This document shows positions 49,301 through 57,697 of a DNA stretch of 64,000 bases, piece by piece (the first letter of the stretch is position 1; every line of letters begins with the position of its first letter). The stretch covers positions 4,384,001-4,448,000 of the forward strand of contig OZ220744.1 of the NCBI GenBank assembly GCA_965116925.1, read 5' to 3'. The stretch comes from Candidatus Poribacteria bacterium (GTDB taxonomy: Bacteria; Poribacteria; WGA-4E; PCPOR2b). A program made the position numbers and the translations under genes. Below the pieces are notes generated by a model, which saw nothing but the letters and a program-made list of their open reading frames with translations, ran no database searches and was not told the origin of the DNA.

Positions 49301-49692
49301 CAAATCTTCGCAGTGGAGACCCCGTTCTTTAGAGCGGGGAGGAAACTGCGCTCCTTTTTTGTTGTTTTTGGAATCTACCTTACACTTTTTAGGTAGATTT
49401 GTGAGAGAATAATGCTCGTAACTCGATGACTTAGGAGAAACGCTCGTTTTTCGCTGCCCTCTCCCTTCGATGGGAAAGGTAAAATTGCGTAGGCAAAGCC
49501 TACCAAGCAGTATGTCTGAGGTTTCACCCGGAAGTCGAAACAATTTCGTCACCGACGGATTGCAACGGCTTCTAAACGGTTGCTGCGACCGTGCGGTGGC
49601 GGGTGTGTAAAGTTACGAGCCAAGACCGCGTATCCCAATAAGACCCGTTGGACGGACAAACAAGCCCCCTCCTTCAGGGCGGGGTAGCTGAC
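49301..49692 (+). mobile_element. Transposase-less IS200/IS605-family derivative (392 bp)
   Basis: Left hairpin CCCCGTTC-TTTA-GAGCGGGG, right end AAGCCCCCTCC-TTCA-GGGCGGGGTAGCTGAC, no target duplication. Removing it restores AAGGAG-ACTTT-ATG on the minus strand. Confidence 0.8.
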
Positions 49693-49856
49693 AAAGTCTC
49701 CTTATTTTCAAAATGGGTTTATTTTAGAGAATTATACAATTCTAGTTTGAATACTAACCTTTGGTGCTAGTTTAGTGAGAAAGTTTTTTTCACATTGTTC
49801 AAGTCACTTTGGATCCCAATTTATCGGGGAGTCGGTTGGTTGATTCATTCTTTCGG

Positions 49857-49931
49857 ATACACATGTCGCCCCGCTGGGGCTTTAGGGTATTTGTTTATCC
49901 GTATACTATAAACATGTCGCCCCGCTGGGGC
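49857..49931 (+). repeat. Tandem doublet of short GC hairpins with CTATA-type flank
   Basis: ACATGTCGCCCCGCTGGGGCT twice at a 51-bp period. Confidence 0.8.
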
Positions 49932-49936
49932 TAAAT

Positions 49937-49972
49937 AAACCTAATGAATCGACAGTTTTCACGTTTCACGTT
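49937..49972 (-). repeat. Composite heptamer/octamer repeat (reverse orientation)
   Basis: Reverse complement AACGTGAAACGTGAAAACTGTCGATTCATTAGG. Confidence 0.6.
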
Positions 49973-50003
49973 ATCAACAGCTGCAAACTAGCACCATTGA
50001 TCA

Positions 50004-51275
50004 TTAAGTCCCCTTGATTTTTCCGCTCGCGTTGGGCAAGGGAGACTGTGGATGCATCGCTCGCGCCCTCGCCCGGAAGTCTAGCCCTTTTTGACCCAAT
50101 GCTTGCAATTCCTCTGGGCTGCCGTCAAACCATTCCTTTAGGCGGCGGCGGGCGATGTGGACGTGCAACACCTCGTCTGCCCAATCGAAGTCTTGAAGGG
50201 TTGTCATCAGGGGATGACGAGCGGCATCGCGGCAGAACTCGAACTCTTCGCGCTTGCCGGGTGGATATTTCATGAGACCGGCTTCGACGCCGAAGAGCAT
50301 GGCGTATAACTCCAGAGGATCCATCTTGAAGAGATAGGCAGACTCCCAATCGCGGATCGGCATCGCAGAACGCTCATCGAAAATATCTTCTGCCGCTGCC
50401 TCACCGAAGACGGAATGGCGCATCTCATCCCAGAGGTGACGGGAAATATCGGCGTAAAATTCCCACGGATGCCCTTTCATTTCGTACAGCACAAATCCCA
50501 ACGCTTCGGCAATCGTGGTTTCTCCGAGGCGGGTCGCAATCATCTGCATCAATCGCTCTTCTACCCGCTCATTGTCAACATGGATAATATCCCAAACACG
50601 CGGAAAGGTATCATCACGGGTGAGTTGTTTCGGAATCAGATATGGGGTAGTCGCTCGAACGGATTTCAGCGCATTAAGATTCACTTCGCCTGTGCCATCA
50701 ATGCCTCCGGCAGCTGCAAGCAGGTTATGAAGTGTCTCGCTCCAAGTCTCCGCTTCTGCTTCTTTTTTCGACGTATCAACGACATCGTGGTAGGCGGTTT
50801 CTAGCAGACCCAAGCCTTCCTCTACTTCGGCGATGACGGTTTTCAGGATACGCACAGTGGGATAGTCAGCCAAACCGTTGGTTTCGCCGACATACCTTTG
50901 GTATGCCTCCAGAAGCGCGGGTTTGAACACTTTTGCCAGTGCTGCCAGCAGTTCGACACTGTTTGCCGTATACATCGCTTCATCGAACACGATTTGCAAG
51001 GACGCATCGGGTGCTTGATACGCTTTTTTCTTAGAGACGCGCAGTTCAGGCAGTCGGGCTTTGAACTGAGACGCGTGCTGCGAGTTTTCATACTGAAGTC
51101 TTGCTAACAACACCTTGACATCTCGCTCCGGTGTGCTGATGATGTGGGCCGCTTGTAGAAACATCAATCGTTCTGCCGCGTAGGCGAATCGATGGATTCG
51201 GGCGGCGCATTGATCGACGCTGAGTCCACCCTGTGTTGCATTGTGCAAGCCAGCGTATTGATAAGTTTGATTCAT
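50004..51275 (-). CDS. Ferritin-like (DUF455-like) putative diiron protein, two helical-bundle domains
   Basis: C-terminal half E...WDEMRH...E...WADEVLHV (two ExxH); N-terminal half degenerate (ENSQH). Confidence 0.7.
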   Translation of the reverse strand: MNQTYQYAGLHNATQGGLSVDQCAARIHRFAYAAERLMFLQAAHIISTPERDVKVLLARLQYENSQHASQFKARLPELRVSKKKAYQAPDASLQIVFDEAMYTANSVELLAALAKVFKPALLEAYQRYVGETNGLADYPTVRILKTVIAEVEEGLGLLETAYHDVVDTSKKEAEAETWSETLHNLLAAAGGIDGTGEVNLNALKSVRATTPYLIPKQLTRDDTFPRVWDIIHVDNERVEERLMQMIATRLGETTIAEALGFVLYEMKGHPWEFYADISRHLWDEMRHSVFGEAAAEDIFDERSAMPIRDWESAYLFKMDPLELYAMLFGVEAGLMKYPPGKREEFEFCRDAARHPLMTTLQDFDWADEVLHVHIARRRLKEWFDGSPEELQALGQKGLDFRARARAMHPQSPLPNASGKIKGT

Positions 51276-52210
51276 CCTGTTTTCTCCTCACCTTGACGTT
51301 CCAAAAACGCATTTACTTCCTGACGGGTGGGCATGACGGGTAGCGTTCCCAAGCGGGTGATAGCCAGCGCACCGGCGGCGTTGGCACGACGGATAGCGTC
51401 TACAAGCGGCAGCCCTTCCGCCACGGCGACAGAGAGGGCCCCGGAGAAGGCGTCTCCTGCCCCGGTTGTGTCTACTACGTTCACTGAGAAACTCGGAATG
51501 TGAATCGTGTCGTCCGGCGTTACGAGCAGGGCACCATGTGCCCCCCGATGTAGCACGATAGCACCCGGTCCCATTCCGATTAGTTCACGTGCAGCCTGCT
51601 CTGCTGTTGCGTCATCTGAAATGGGATAGCCCACCAAGGTTTCCGTCTCCTGTTCGTTGGGTGTCAGAATCGTGCAGTCCCGCCAAGTTTCAGGGGTGTA
51701 AGGACGGGCAGGACCTGCGTCTACAATCACCGGAATACCGTAATCTACCCCCAGTTGTACGGCAGCCGCTACGGCGGGTTCGGGAACTTCAAAGTTGACC
51801 AAGATACTGTCTAGTGTCTCCCGATGCAATGTCAGAGCCCGCCTCACATCATCGGAACTCAAATAATCGTTGGCTCCCAAGACCCCCAAGATGGTATTTT
51901 CACCGTCGGGGTCGATCATTGCGATGCCCACACCTGTCGAGGCTTCGGGGTGGATTGTGACGGCCTCCACATCAACACCTTCTTCTTGCAGGGCAGCCAT
52001 CTCCATACGTCCAAAGTCGTCGTCCCCGATGCAGCCGAGCAGCACCGCAGTCCCTCCTGCCCTTTGCACAGCGACTGCGGCGTTAGCACCTTTACCTCCG
52101 GGACCGATTTTAAGATTGTTCCCCAGCAGCGTTTCTCCCCTAGTAGGCAAGCGTGGCGTTTGCACTGCCAAATCTATGACAACGCTACCGATGACAGCGA
52201 TCTGTTTCAT
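51272..52210 (-). CDS. rbsK: Ribokinase / PfkB family sugar kinase
   Basis: GGKGANAA, TPNEQE and DTTGAGDAF motifs. Confidence 0.88.
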   Translation of the reverse strand: MKQIAVIGSVVIDLAVQTPRLPTRGETLLGNNLKIGPGGKGANAAVAVQRAGGTAVLLGCIGDDDFGRMEMAALQEEGVDVEAVTIHPEASTGVGIAMIDPDGENTILGVLGANDYLSSDDVRRALTLHRETLDSILVNFEVPEPAVAAAVQLGVDYGIPVIVDAGPARPYTPETWRDCTILTPNEQETETLVGYPISDDATAEQAARELIGMGPGAIVLHRGAHGALLVTPDDTIHIPSFSVNVVDTTGAGDAFSGALSVAVAEGLPLVDAIRRANAAGALAITRLGTLPVMPTRQEVNAFLERQGEEKTG

Positions 52211-52224
52211 CTGCTTATCTCCCG

Positions 52225-53244
52225 TCAGGTCACTTTTAGAATCTGCGCGACTATCTCATTGGGATTAATCTCCGTCATACACAGATGTGGTTGATCCTTC
52301 CGCATACAATTCCGCTTATAACAAGGACGACATTCCACCGACTTTTCAATGATCTTATGGTTTTCGCCATACGGGCCGTGGCGAATCGGGCTCGTGGGAC
52401 CAAACAGGGCAATTGTCGGTGTACCCACAGCCGTGGCGATGTGCATCGGACCACTGTCACAGGTCAGGTAAAGGCTGCAACTTTCGATTAGAGCACCGAG
52501 CTCCATCAGCGTTGTCTTCCCAATTAGATTAATTGCCTCCACTTGTGCAATCTCCGCTAACGCTTCGCCGAGTGGAATTTCAGCGATTGAGCCTGTCAGT
52601 AGTATCCGCGCATCGAAACGCTTTTGTACTTGCGCTATCACTTCTGCGAAATTCTCTAGGGACCAACGCTTTGTACGCCACGTCGTGCCGAGATTTACTC
52701 CGATCAGGTGCTCCTTGGGAGAGATACCGTACCTTGCAAGTATCTGATGCACCGCCTGACGATCTGCGTCCGTGTGCCAAAACTCCAGTTTTGCGTTTTG
52801 TTCGTGGATATCGATTAACTCCAACACGCGCAGATAACGGTGTACTTCGTGGAGATCCGTCCGATCCGCGCAAGTCCGTGTCAGTAGGATGCCCCGACCG
52901 CTTACATTTGATCCAATCCGTTCAGGAATGTCTGCCAGAAATGGAATCAAAGCATTACGAAAGGAGGTTGGGTGAAGGACAACCGCAAGATCGAAGTCTG
53001 ACCGGCGAATTTCGCGTACCGATTTCCAGAAAGATGACAAACGACTGAGTGCCCTCCCCCTGTTGTCAACCATTAATTCATCAATATATGGGTGGGTTGC
53101 CATCAGGTTTGCAACAAGTGGACGAATCAGTAGCACCAAGTGAGATTGGGGATACGCGATTTTCAGTGCTCTTAATGCCGGTGTGAGCAGTACCATATCT
53201 CCGACCCAGCCGCCGGTTTGGGTGACAAGAATTCGATTTCTCAA
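52225..53244 (-). CDS. waaF: Lipopolysaccharide heptosyltransferase II (GT9)
   Basis: WVGDMVL.TP, KRW, DSGPMHIA..G.PTIALFGPT and CRPC motifs. Confidence 0.88.
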   Translation of the reverse strand: MRNRILVTQTGGWVGDMVLLTPALRALKIAYPQSHLVLLIRPLVANLMATHPYIDELMVDNRGRALSRLSSFWKSVREIRRSDFDLAVVLHPTSFRNALIPFLADIPERIGSNVSGRGILLTRTCADRTDLHEVHRYLRVLELIDIHEQNAKLEFWHTDADRQAVHQILARYGISPKEHLIGVNLGTTWRTKRWSLENFAEVIAQVQKRFDARILLTGSIAEIPLGEALAEIAQVEAINLIGKTTLMELGALIESCSLYLTCDSGPMHIATAVGTPTIALFGPTSPIRHGPYGENHKIIEKSVECRPCYKRNCMRKDQPHLCMTEINPNEIVAQILKVT

Positions 53245-53334
53245 CGAATTGCCCTTTGCCGCGTTGATGGTTCGGTTATAACCTTGCTTTCACTATAGAA
53301 ACTTGACACAGAGAGCCGAGAAATTGCAGTGCAC

Positions 53335-54363
53335 TCATTGGATCGGTACAGACCGACCGATTCGGGCGGACTCGTAGAGGGCATCGAAGATTTTCGCAAC
53401 GAGTAGCACCTCTTCTGCAGGCACAGGTGACGGCAATCCTTCACGAATTGCTTTGTGGAAGGACTCAAATTCCCCCAGTAAACCGGTAAGGAGTTCCGGT
53501 TCATAGTCGATCATTTCGTCGTCTTTATCCATATAGATGCGTGTGGGACTGTATGTCGCCCCGGCTCTATCTCCCATGAAGAAGGTCTGTCCGGTATTTT
53601 CGATATGAGATGCCCACGCGGTTTCCAACGTCACGGTTAAGCCGCCTTCAAAGCGGATAGCCCCCATCGCAAAATCTTCGACATCGAATTGGGCGGGGAT
53701 CCATGTCCCCCAATCGTTAATCACATTGGCTCGATTTCCAAATTTCTGCGCGACTGATCCAAATGCCTCGATCGGTTTCGGTGCGCCGATCATCCACAAC
53801 AATACATCAAGGATATGCACCCCGATGTCAATCAGGGGGCCGCCACCCGCTATTGATTTCGTTATGAACGATGGCGACGCAGGTACACCCCGTCGTCGCA
53901 TTGCCATTGCACGAGCGTAGTAAATATCGCCAAAAAATCCCTCTTCGTACAGCTTGCGTAATGTTCGCGCTTCTGGATTAAATCGTGACTGTAACCCAAT
54001 CTGAAGTACTTTTCCCGATGCTTTCTGGGCATCGACCATCGCCTGACCGTCGATTGCATTTCCAGCGATCGGCTTTTCGCAAATCACATGCTTTCCCGCC
54101 TCAAGTGCGGCGATTGATGGCGGAGCGTGAAAATTATTCGGAGTACAGACACTGACCGCATCCAACTCAGGCATTGCGACAAGTTCGTTGTAGTCGGTGA
54201 AGACATGTTTGATGTCGTGTTGTGTCGCAAAGTTTTCCGCACGCTCCCGGTCAATGTCGCAGACACCGATGATTGAAACGCCTTCGACATTTCGATGTCC
54301 CGGCAGATGTTTGCCACCGGCAATTCCGCCTGCACCAATGATGCCAACCTTGATCTCTTGCAT
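53335..54363 (-). CDS. Gfo/Idh/MocA family oxidoreductase
   Basis: IGAGGIA, HVICEKP and GGGPLIDIGVH motifs. Confidence 0.93.
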   Translation of the reverse strand: MQEIKVGIIGAGGIAGGKHLPGHRNVEGVSIIGVCDIDRERAENFATQHDIKHVFTDYNELVAMPELDAVSVCTPNNFHAPPSIAALEAGKHVICEKPIAGNAIDGQAMVDAQKASGKVLQIGLQSRFNPEARTLRKLYEEGFFGDIYYARAMAMRRRGVPASPSFITKSIAGGGPLIDIGVHILDVLLWMIGAPKPIEAFGSVAQKFGNRANVINDWGTWIPAQFDVEDFAMGAIRFEGGLTVTLETAWASHIENTGQTFFMGDRAGATYSPTRIYMDKDDEMIDYEPELLTGLLGEFESFHKAIREGLPSPVPAEEVLLVAKIFDALYESARIGRSVPIQ

Positions 54364-54415
54364 TATGATTACCCTCTTTGGTGGTTCATACTTTATTCAG
54401 AAGTCGCATACAATC

Positions 54416-55300
54416 TCAATCCGCCCTGTGCATGACCACGCCCTTCGGATTCTCAAAGGCATCAATCCAGAGCCGACACCACTCCGCATGATCGTGCATC
54501 ACACTGTCGGGATCGCGTTGGCTGCGCACGACAAAGTCCGGGTGTCCTGTGCGGCCCGTGTGTTGACCGATTGGGTGGTAACGCAGATCCATTGACCAGC
54601 GGCACTTATCCGAGCGGTTGGGCATCCCGCGATGTGGTGTGAAGCGGCTCATGAGTACCAGATCCCCTCTGTAGCAGACCATCGGCACAGGTTCAATCTC
54701 CGGTACGTCTTCGGGGTAGATGGTGGTCCCGCCTTCGGGTTGATGCCGTAGATACCCTTTTTTGACTACGCCGGGCAAAACCTCCAGACACCCCATCTCA
54801 GCGGTCGCATCACCCAATGGGAGCCAGCAAGTGATAATATCGGAGCCTTCCGCCTCCGGCATGATAACTCCGGCGTCTTGATGTAGGGGACCGATGTGTG
54901 AACCGGGGTTGCTGTCCTCATAGTAACGGATCGGGGGTGTGGGTCGCAGGTGTTGGATCGGGTTGCAGATGATTTCCGGTCCTACGAGCGATTCGATGAC
55001 ATCGAGCAGATTTTTATTATACAGAAATTCAAAGACCGCCTTGCCGCGATAGTTCATGATGTCGAGACCGCTGCCAATCTCTTTGGATTGCGCGAACAGA
55101 CGTCCGTATCGGGTTTCAAACGGCTCATCTTCACACAGGTCTTCGATTGTTCCCTCTGCCTTGAGTTCGTGCGCTCGGCGATCGATGAACTCGGATATCT
55201 CATCGATTACTGGCTGCAAGTCCTCGTCGGTAAGGGCATTTTTGGCGATAAGGACGCCGCGGGTGTGAAATTCTTCAAGCTGTTCGGTTGTCAACTGCAT
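54416..55300 (-). CDS. PhyH-family Fe(II)/2OG dioxygenase
   Basis: LHQD, TCWLPL, MGCLEVLPG, TPHRG and RWSMDLRY motifs. Confidence 0.9.
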   Translation of the reverse strand: MQLTTEQLEEFHTRGVLIAKNALTDEDLQPVIDEISEFIDRRAHELKAEGTIEDLCEDEPFETRYGRLFAQSKEIGSGLDIMNYRGKAVFEFLYNKNLLDVIESLVGPEIICNPIQHLRPTPPIRYYEDSNPGSHIGPLHQDAGVIMPEAEGSDIITCWLPLGDATAEMGCLEVLPGVVKKGYLRHQPEGGTTIYPEDVPEIEPVPMVCYRGDLVLMSRFTPHRGMPNRSDKCRWSMDLRYHPIGQHTGRTGHPDFVVRSQRDPDSVMHDHAEWCRLWIDAFENPKGVVMHRAD

Positions 55301-55330
55301 CGTGCTTCCTCCAGATTTAGATGATAATGA

Positions 55331-55442
55331 TAGGACTTACGCATTTCAGCGCGGGGCAAGTGCCCTAGCTACAGGCTTACACATTTTAGTACAGTTGGCG
55401 CGGGGCAAGATGCCCCGCCTACAGTTAGCTGCGTAAGTTCTA
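55331..55442. mobile_element. MITE-like shell with duplicated REP
   Basis: TAGGACTTACGCA ... TGCGTAAGTTCTA; internal GCGGGGCAAGATGCCCCGCCTAC plus a degenerate copy. Confidence 0.75.
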
Positions 55443-55471
55443 CGTGTTTTAAACGCGATCTGCATTTCTTT

Positions 55472-56416
55472 TTAATGGACTCTGACCAACTTGCGGAAGC
55501 TGCGAACTTCTCTGGGCGGAGAAAGATGTCGGCCGTAGGCGGCAAAGGAGACCTCGCCCACGTATATATCTCCGTGTGAATCGATTGCTATGCCGTGAGG
55601 GGAGATAAATTGTCCGGGGCCCTCTCCACGCCACACATCGCCCAATCGAGCGAGACGATGACCGTTGAGGTCGTGAATGGTGACGCAACCGCCAATGTTG
55701 GGATAATCGGCGTTCACCTCAAGTTGGGTAGGCACTTGACCGATGTAGACCAAGTCGTCTTCGATGTGCAGTCCACAGGGGCGGTGCAGATTATTCCATT
55801 GGTCTAGATAGCGGCCGTCCTCATCGAATATCTGTACACGGTGACTCTCCCGGTCAGCGATATATACCACCCCGTTGCTGTCGGTACAGACGCTATGCAC
55901 CAAATTGAACTGCCCTGGATCGGTTCCGTACTCTCCCCAAGAGAAAAGATGCTCCCCGTCAGGAGAATACTTATGCACTCTGGCGTTACCGTATCCGTCC
56001 GATATGTAGAGTTCATCAGTTTTGGGATCAAAGGCTACTTTGGTAGGACGGTTAAAAGGTTGCCCACTGTGGGCTGGTGCGGGTTCGCCGGGGGTGCCGA
56101 TAGTCATCAAGACTTCGCCATCGGGGGTACATTTTCGGATTGAGTGATCGCCGTCGTCCACACAATACAGCATTCCATCAGGACCTATGGTAACGCCGTG
56201 GGCGCGGGTAAACAGATCCTCTCCCCATGAGGCGATAAAGCTGCCGTCCGGCTCAAAGATTATCATGGGATGCTCGCCTCGATTGAAGACATAGACACGG
56301 TCTTGCGAATCCACCACGACATCGGCAACCTCCTTAAAACTCCAACCTTCGGGCAGCTTCGCCCAATCTGCCAATTCCTCGTAAATATAATCCTCAGCAC
56401 CAAGTTTTGTTGCCAT
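55472..56416 (-). CDS. NHL-repeat beta-propeller, peptidyl-alpha-hydroxyglycine alpha-amidating lyase (PAL)-like
   Basis: AHG, FNRPT, SDGYGNARV, GQFNLVHS, ADRESHRVQ and PHGIA motifs. Confidence 0.85.
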   Translation of the reverse strand: MATKLGAEDYIYEELADWAKLPEGWSFKEVADVVVDSQDRVYVFNRGEHPMIIFEPDGSFIASWGEDLFTRAHGVTIGPDGMLYCVDDGDHSIRKCTPDGEVLMTIGTPGEPAPAHSGQPFNRPTKVAFDPKTDELYISDGYGNARVHKYSPDGEHLFSWGEYGTDPGQFNLVHSVCTDSNGVVYIADRESHRVQIFDEDGRYLDQWNNLHRPCGLHIEDDLVYIGQVPTQLEVNADYPNIGGCVTIHDLNGHRLARLGDVWRGEGPGQFISPHGIAIDSHGDIYVGEVSFAAYGRHLSPPREVRSFRKLVRVH

Positions 56417-56461
56417 GCTTCGCCTCCCCTATGTGTACGCTGTTCTAATTTTGCATAGATC

Positions 56462-57655
56462 TCAGAAATCCTCCAAGCTGAACCGATACCCACGAATCTG
56501 CGCCATCGGTGCGTCGTCGTTGATGTAGTTGACGGCTAAGAATTTTCCCCGCTCATACTCGACCCAAGCGGCATAACCGCTGTCGGCACCGAGGTTATTA
56601 GCGTCGAGGTCTAGCGGGAGCAGCAAACCTTTTTGGGTTGCTTTGTCCGGGTTGAGCGCGCTCTCCAGCGGTTCCAGAAACGCGAATGTGTGCACCGATG
56701 AACCACCTGCGGCGACAATCACCTCATCATCTGTTACCAACTCACTGGGGCCCGGCTGTCTACGGGCGATGAACGCCTCGTTGGCGGGGACTCTTGGAAT
56801 AACAATCGTTCGCCGTGCCAATCGTTCCCCCCAAGTTTCTGCGGACATGTCAACACGCCAACAAGATTGCAGCCCAAAACGCCCGGTGATTAACATAAAC
56901 CCATCTTGCGTAAGACCTGCGACCGGCATCCCGTGAGCGGCTGGGTTTAAGGTGTCGCAGGGACCGTCCCACCGGTAACCGCCATCCTTAGAAATCATCT
57001 TTTGTAATGGCTGCCCCAAATCCTCCCGTAGGTAGACGACCAATTCTCCATCGGGACAAGGCACGATAGTGGCTTCACCAAGCCCGTAATCGGGATTGTC
57101 GAAGATGGTCAGTGGCGCATCCCATGTCTGTCCCTCATCACGACTTGTTGTGATATTTTGGATACTCTGTCCAGTTTTCGGATTGGTGACGTTGCTCGGC
57201 AGCAGCCACCGGCCATCGTCCATCTCCGTAACTATGTCCGGGCAGATGCCTTTAACCGGGGTTGGGATCGGATCTGACCAACTTTCCCCATCGTCATCGC
57301 TGAACCAAAGCACAATGTGGCAGTTTGCCTCTCCTTCGCCCCACTCGCCCGGTGGAAAGAGGTAGGTATCACAGAGCAACAGGATCCGTCCATCTTTGAG
57401 CTGCTGTATTTTGGGACAGTTCCATGTTGTCAAGACACCGGTTGATTTATCTTCATCACGAATCACCTGCGGTTCCGACCATGTGTATCCTGCATCGTCG
57501 CTGACTCGGACGATTAGGCGGCAAAACTCGCTAGCGACGTGGCCGTTACTTTCGCGATAGGTCAGAATAATTCTGCCGGTTCGGGAACGGCAGATGTAGG
57601 GAAAGCATTCATAAATATCATCGTTCCGCGCAATGGTGAATTTCTCGATTGCCAT
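56462..57655 (-). CDS. Sialidase-like (BNR/Asp-box) beta-propeller
   Basis: Asp boxes SDDAGYTW, SDDDGESW, SRDEGQTW and SKDGGYRW; DSGY motif. Confidence 0.85.
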   Translation of the reverse strand: MAIEKFTIARNDDIYECFPYICRSRTGRIILTYRESNGHVASEFCRLIVRVSDDAGYTWSEPQVIRDEDKSTGVLTTWNCPKIQQLKDGRILLLCDTYLFPPGEWGEGEANCHIVLWFSDDDGESWSDPIPTPVKGICPDIVTEMDDGRWLLPSNVTNPKTGQSIQNITTSRDEGQTWDAPLTIFDNPDYGLGEATIVPCPDGELVVYLREDLGQPLQKMISKDGGYRWDGPCDTLNPAAHGMPVAGLTQDGFMLITGRFGLQSCWRVDMSAETWGERLARRTIVIPRVPANEAFIARRQPGPSELVTDDEVIVAAGGSSVHTFAFLEPLESALNPDKATQKGLLLPLDLDANNLGADSGYAAWVEYERGKFLAVNYINDDAPMAQIRGYRFSLEDF

Positions 57656-57697
57656 GGCTACTATCTGCTCCCAACAAAAGATGAGGGGGTTAGAAAT

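Noticed and set aside
49301..49552. 84-aa N-terminal extension of the ThDP enzyme given by the ORF track
   Set aside because: It lies inside the IS derivative; the family-like sequence starts at MKVADA (49300).
49560..49692. HEARO/IscB omegaRNA on the minus strand (starts GTCAGCTACCCCGCCCTGAAGG)
   Set aside because: No IscB ORF follows, and no downstream strand pairing back to the 5' GTCAGC was seen. It is better read as a tnpB-type right end, though a covariance search is needed to be sure.
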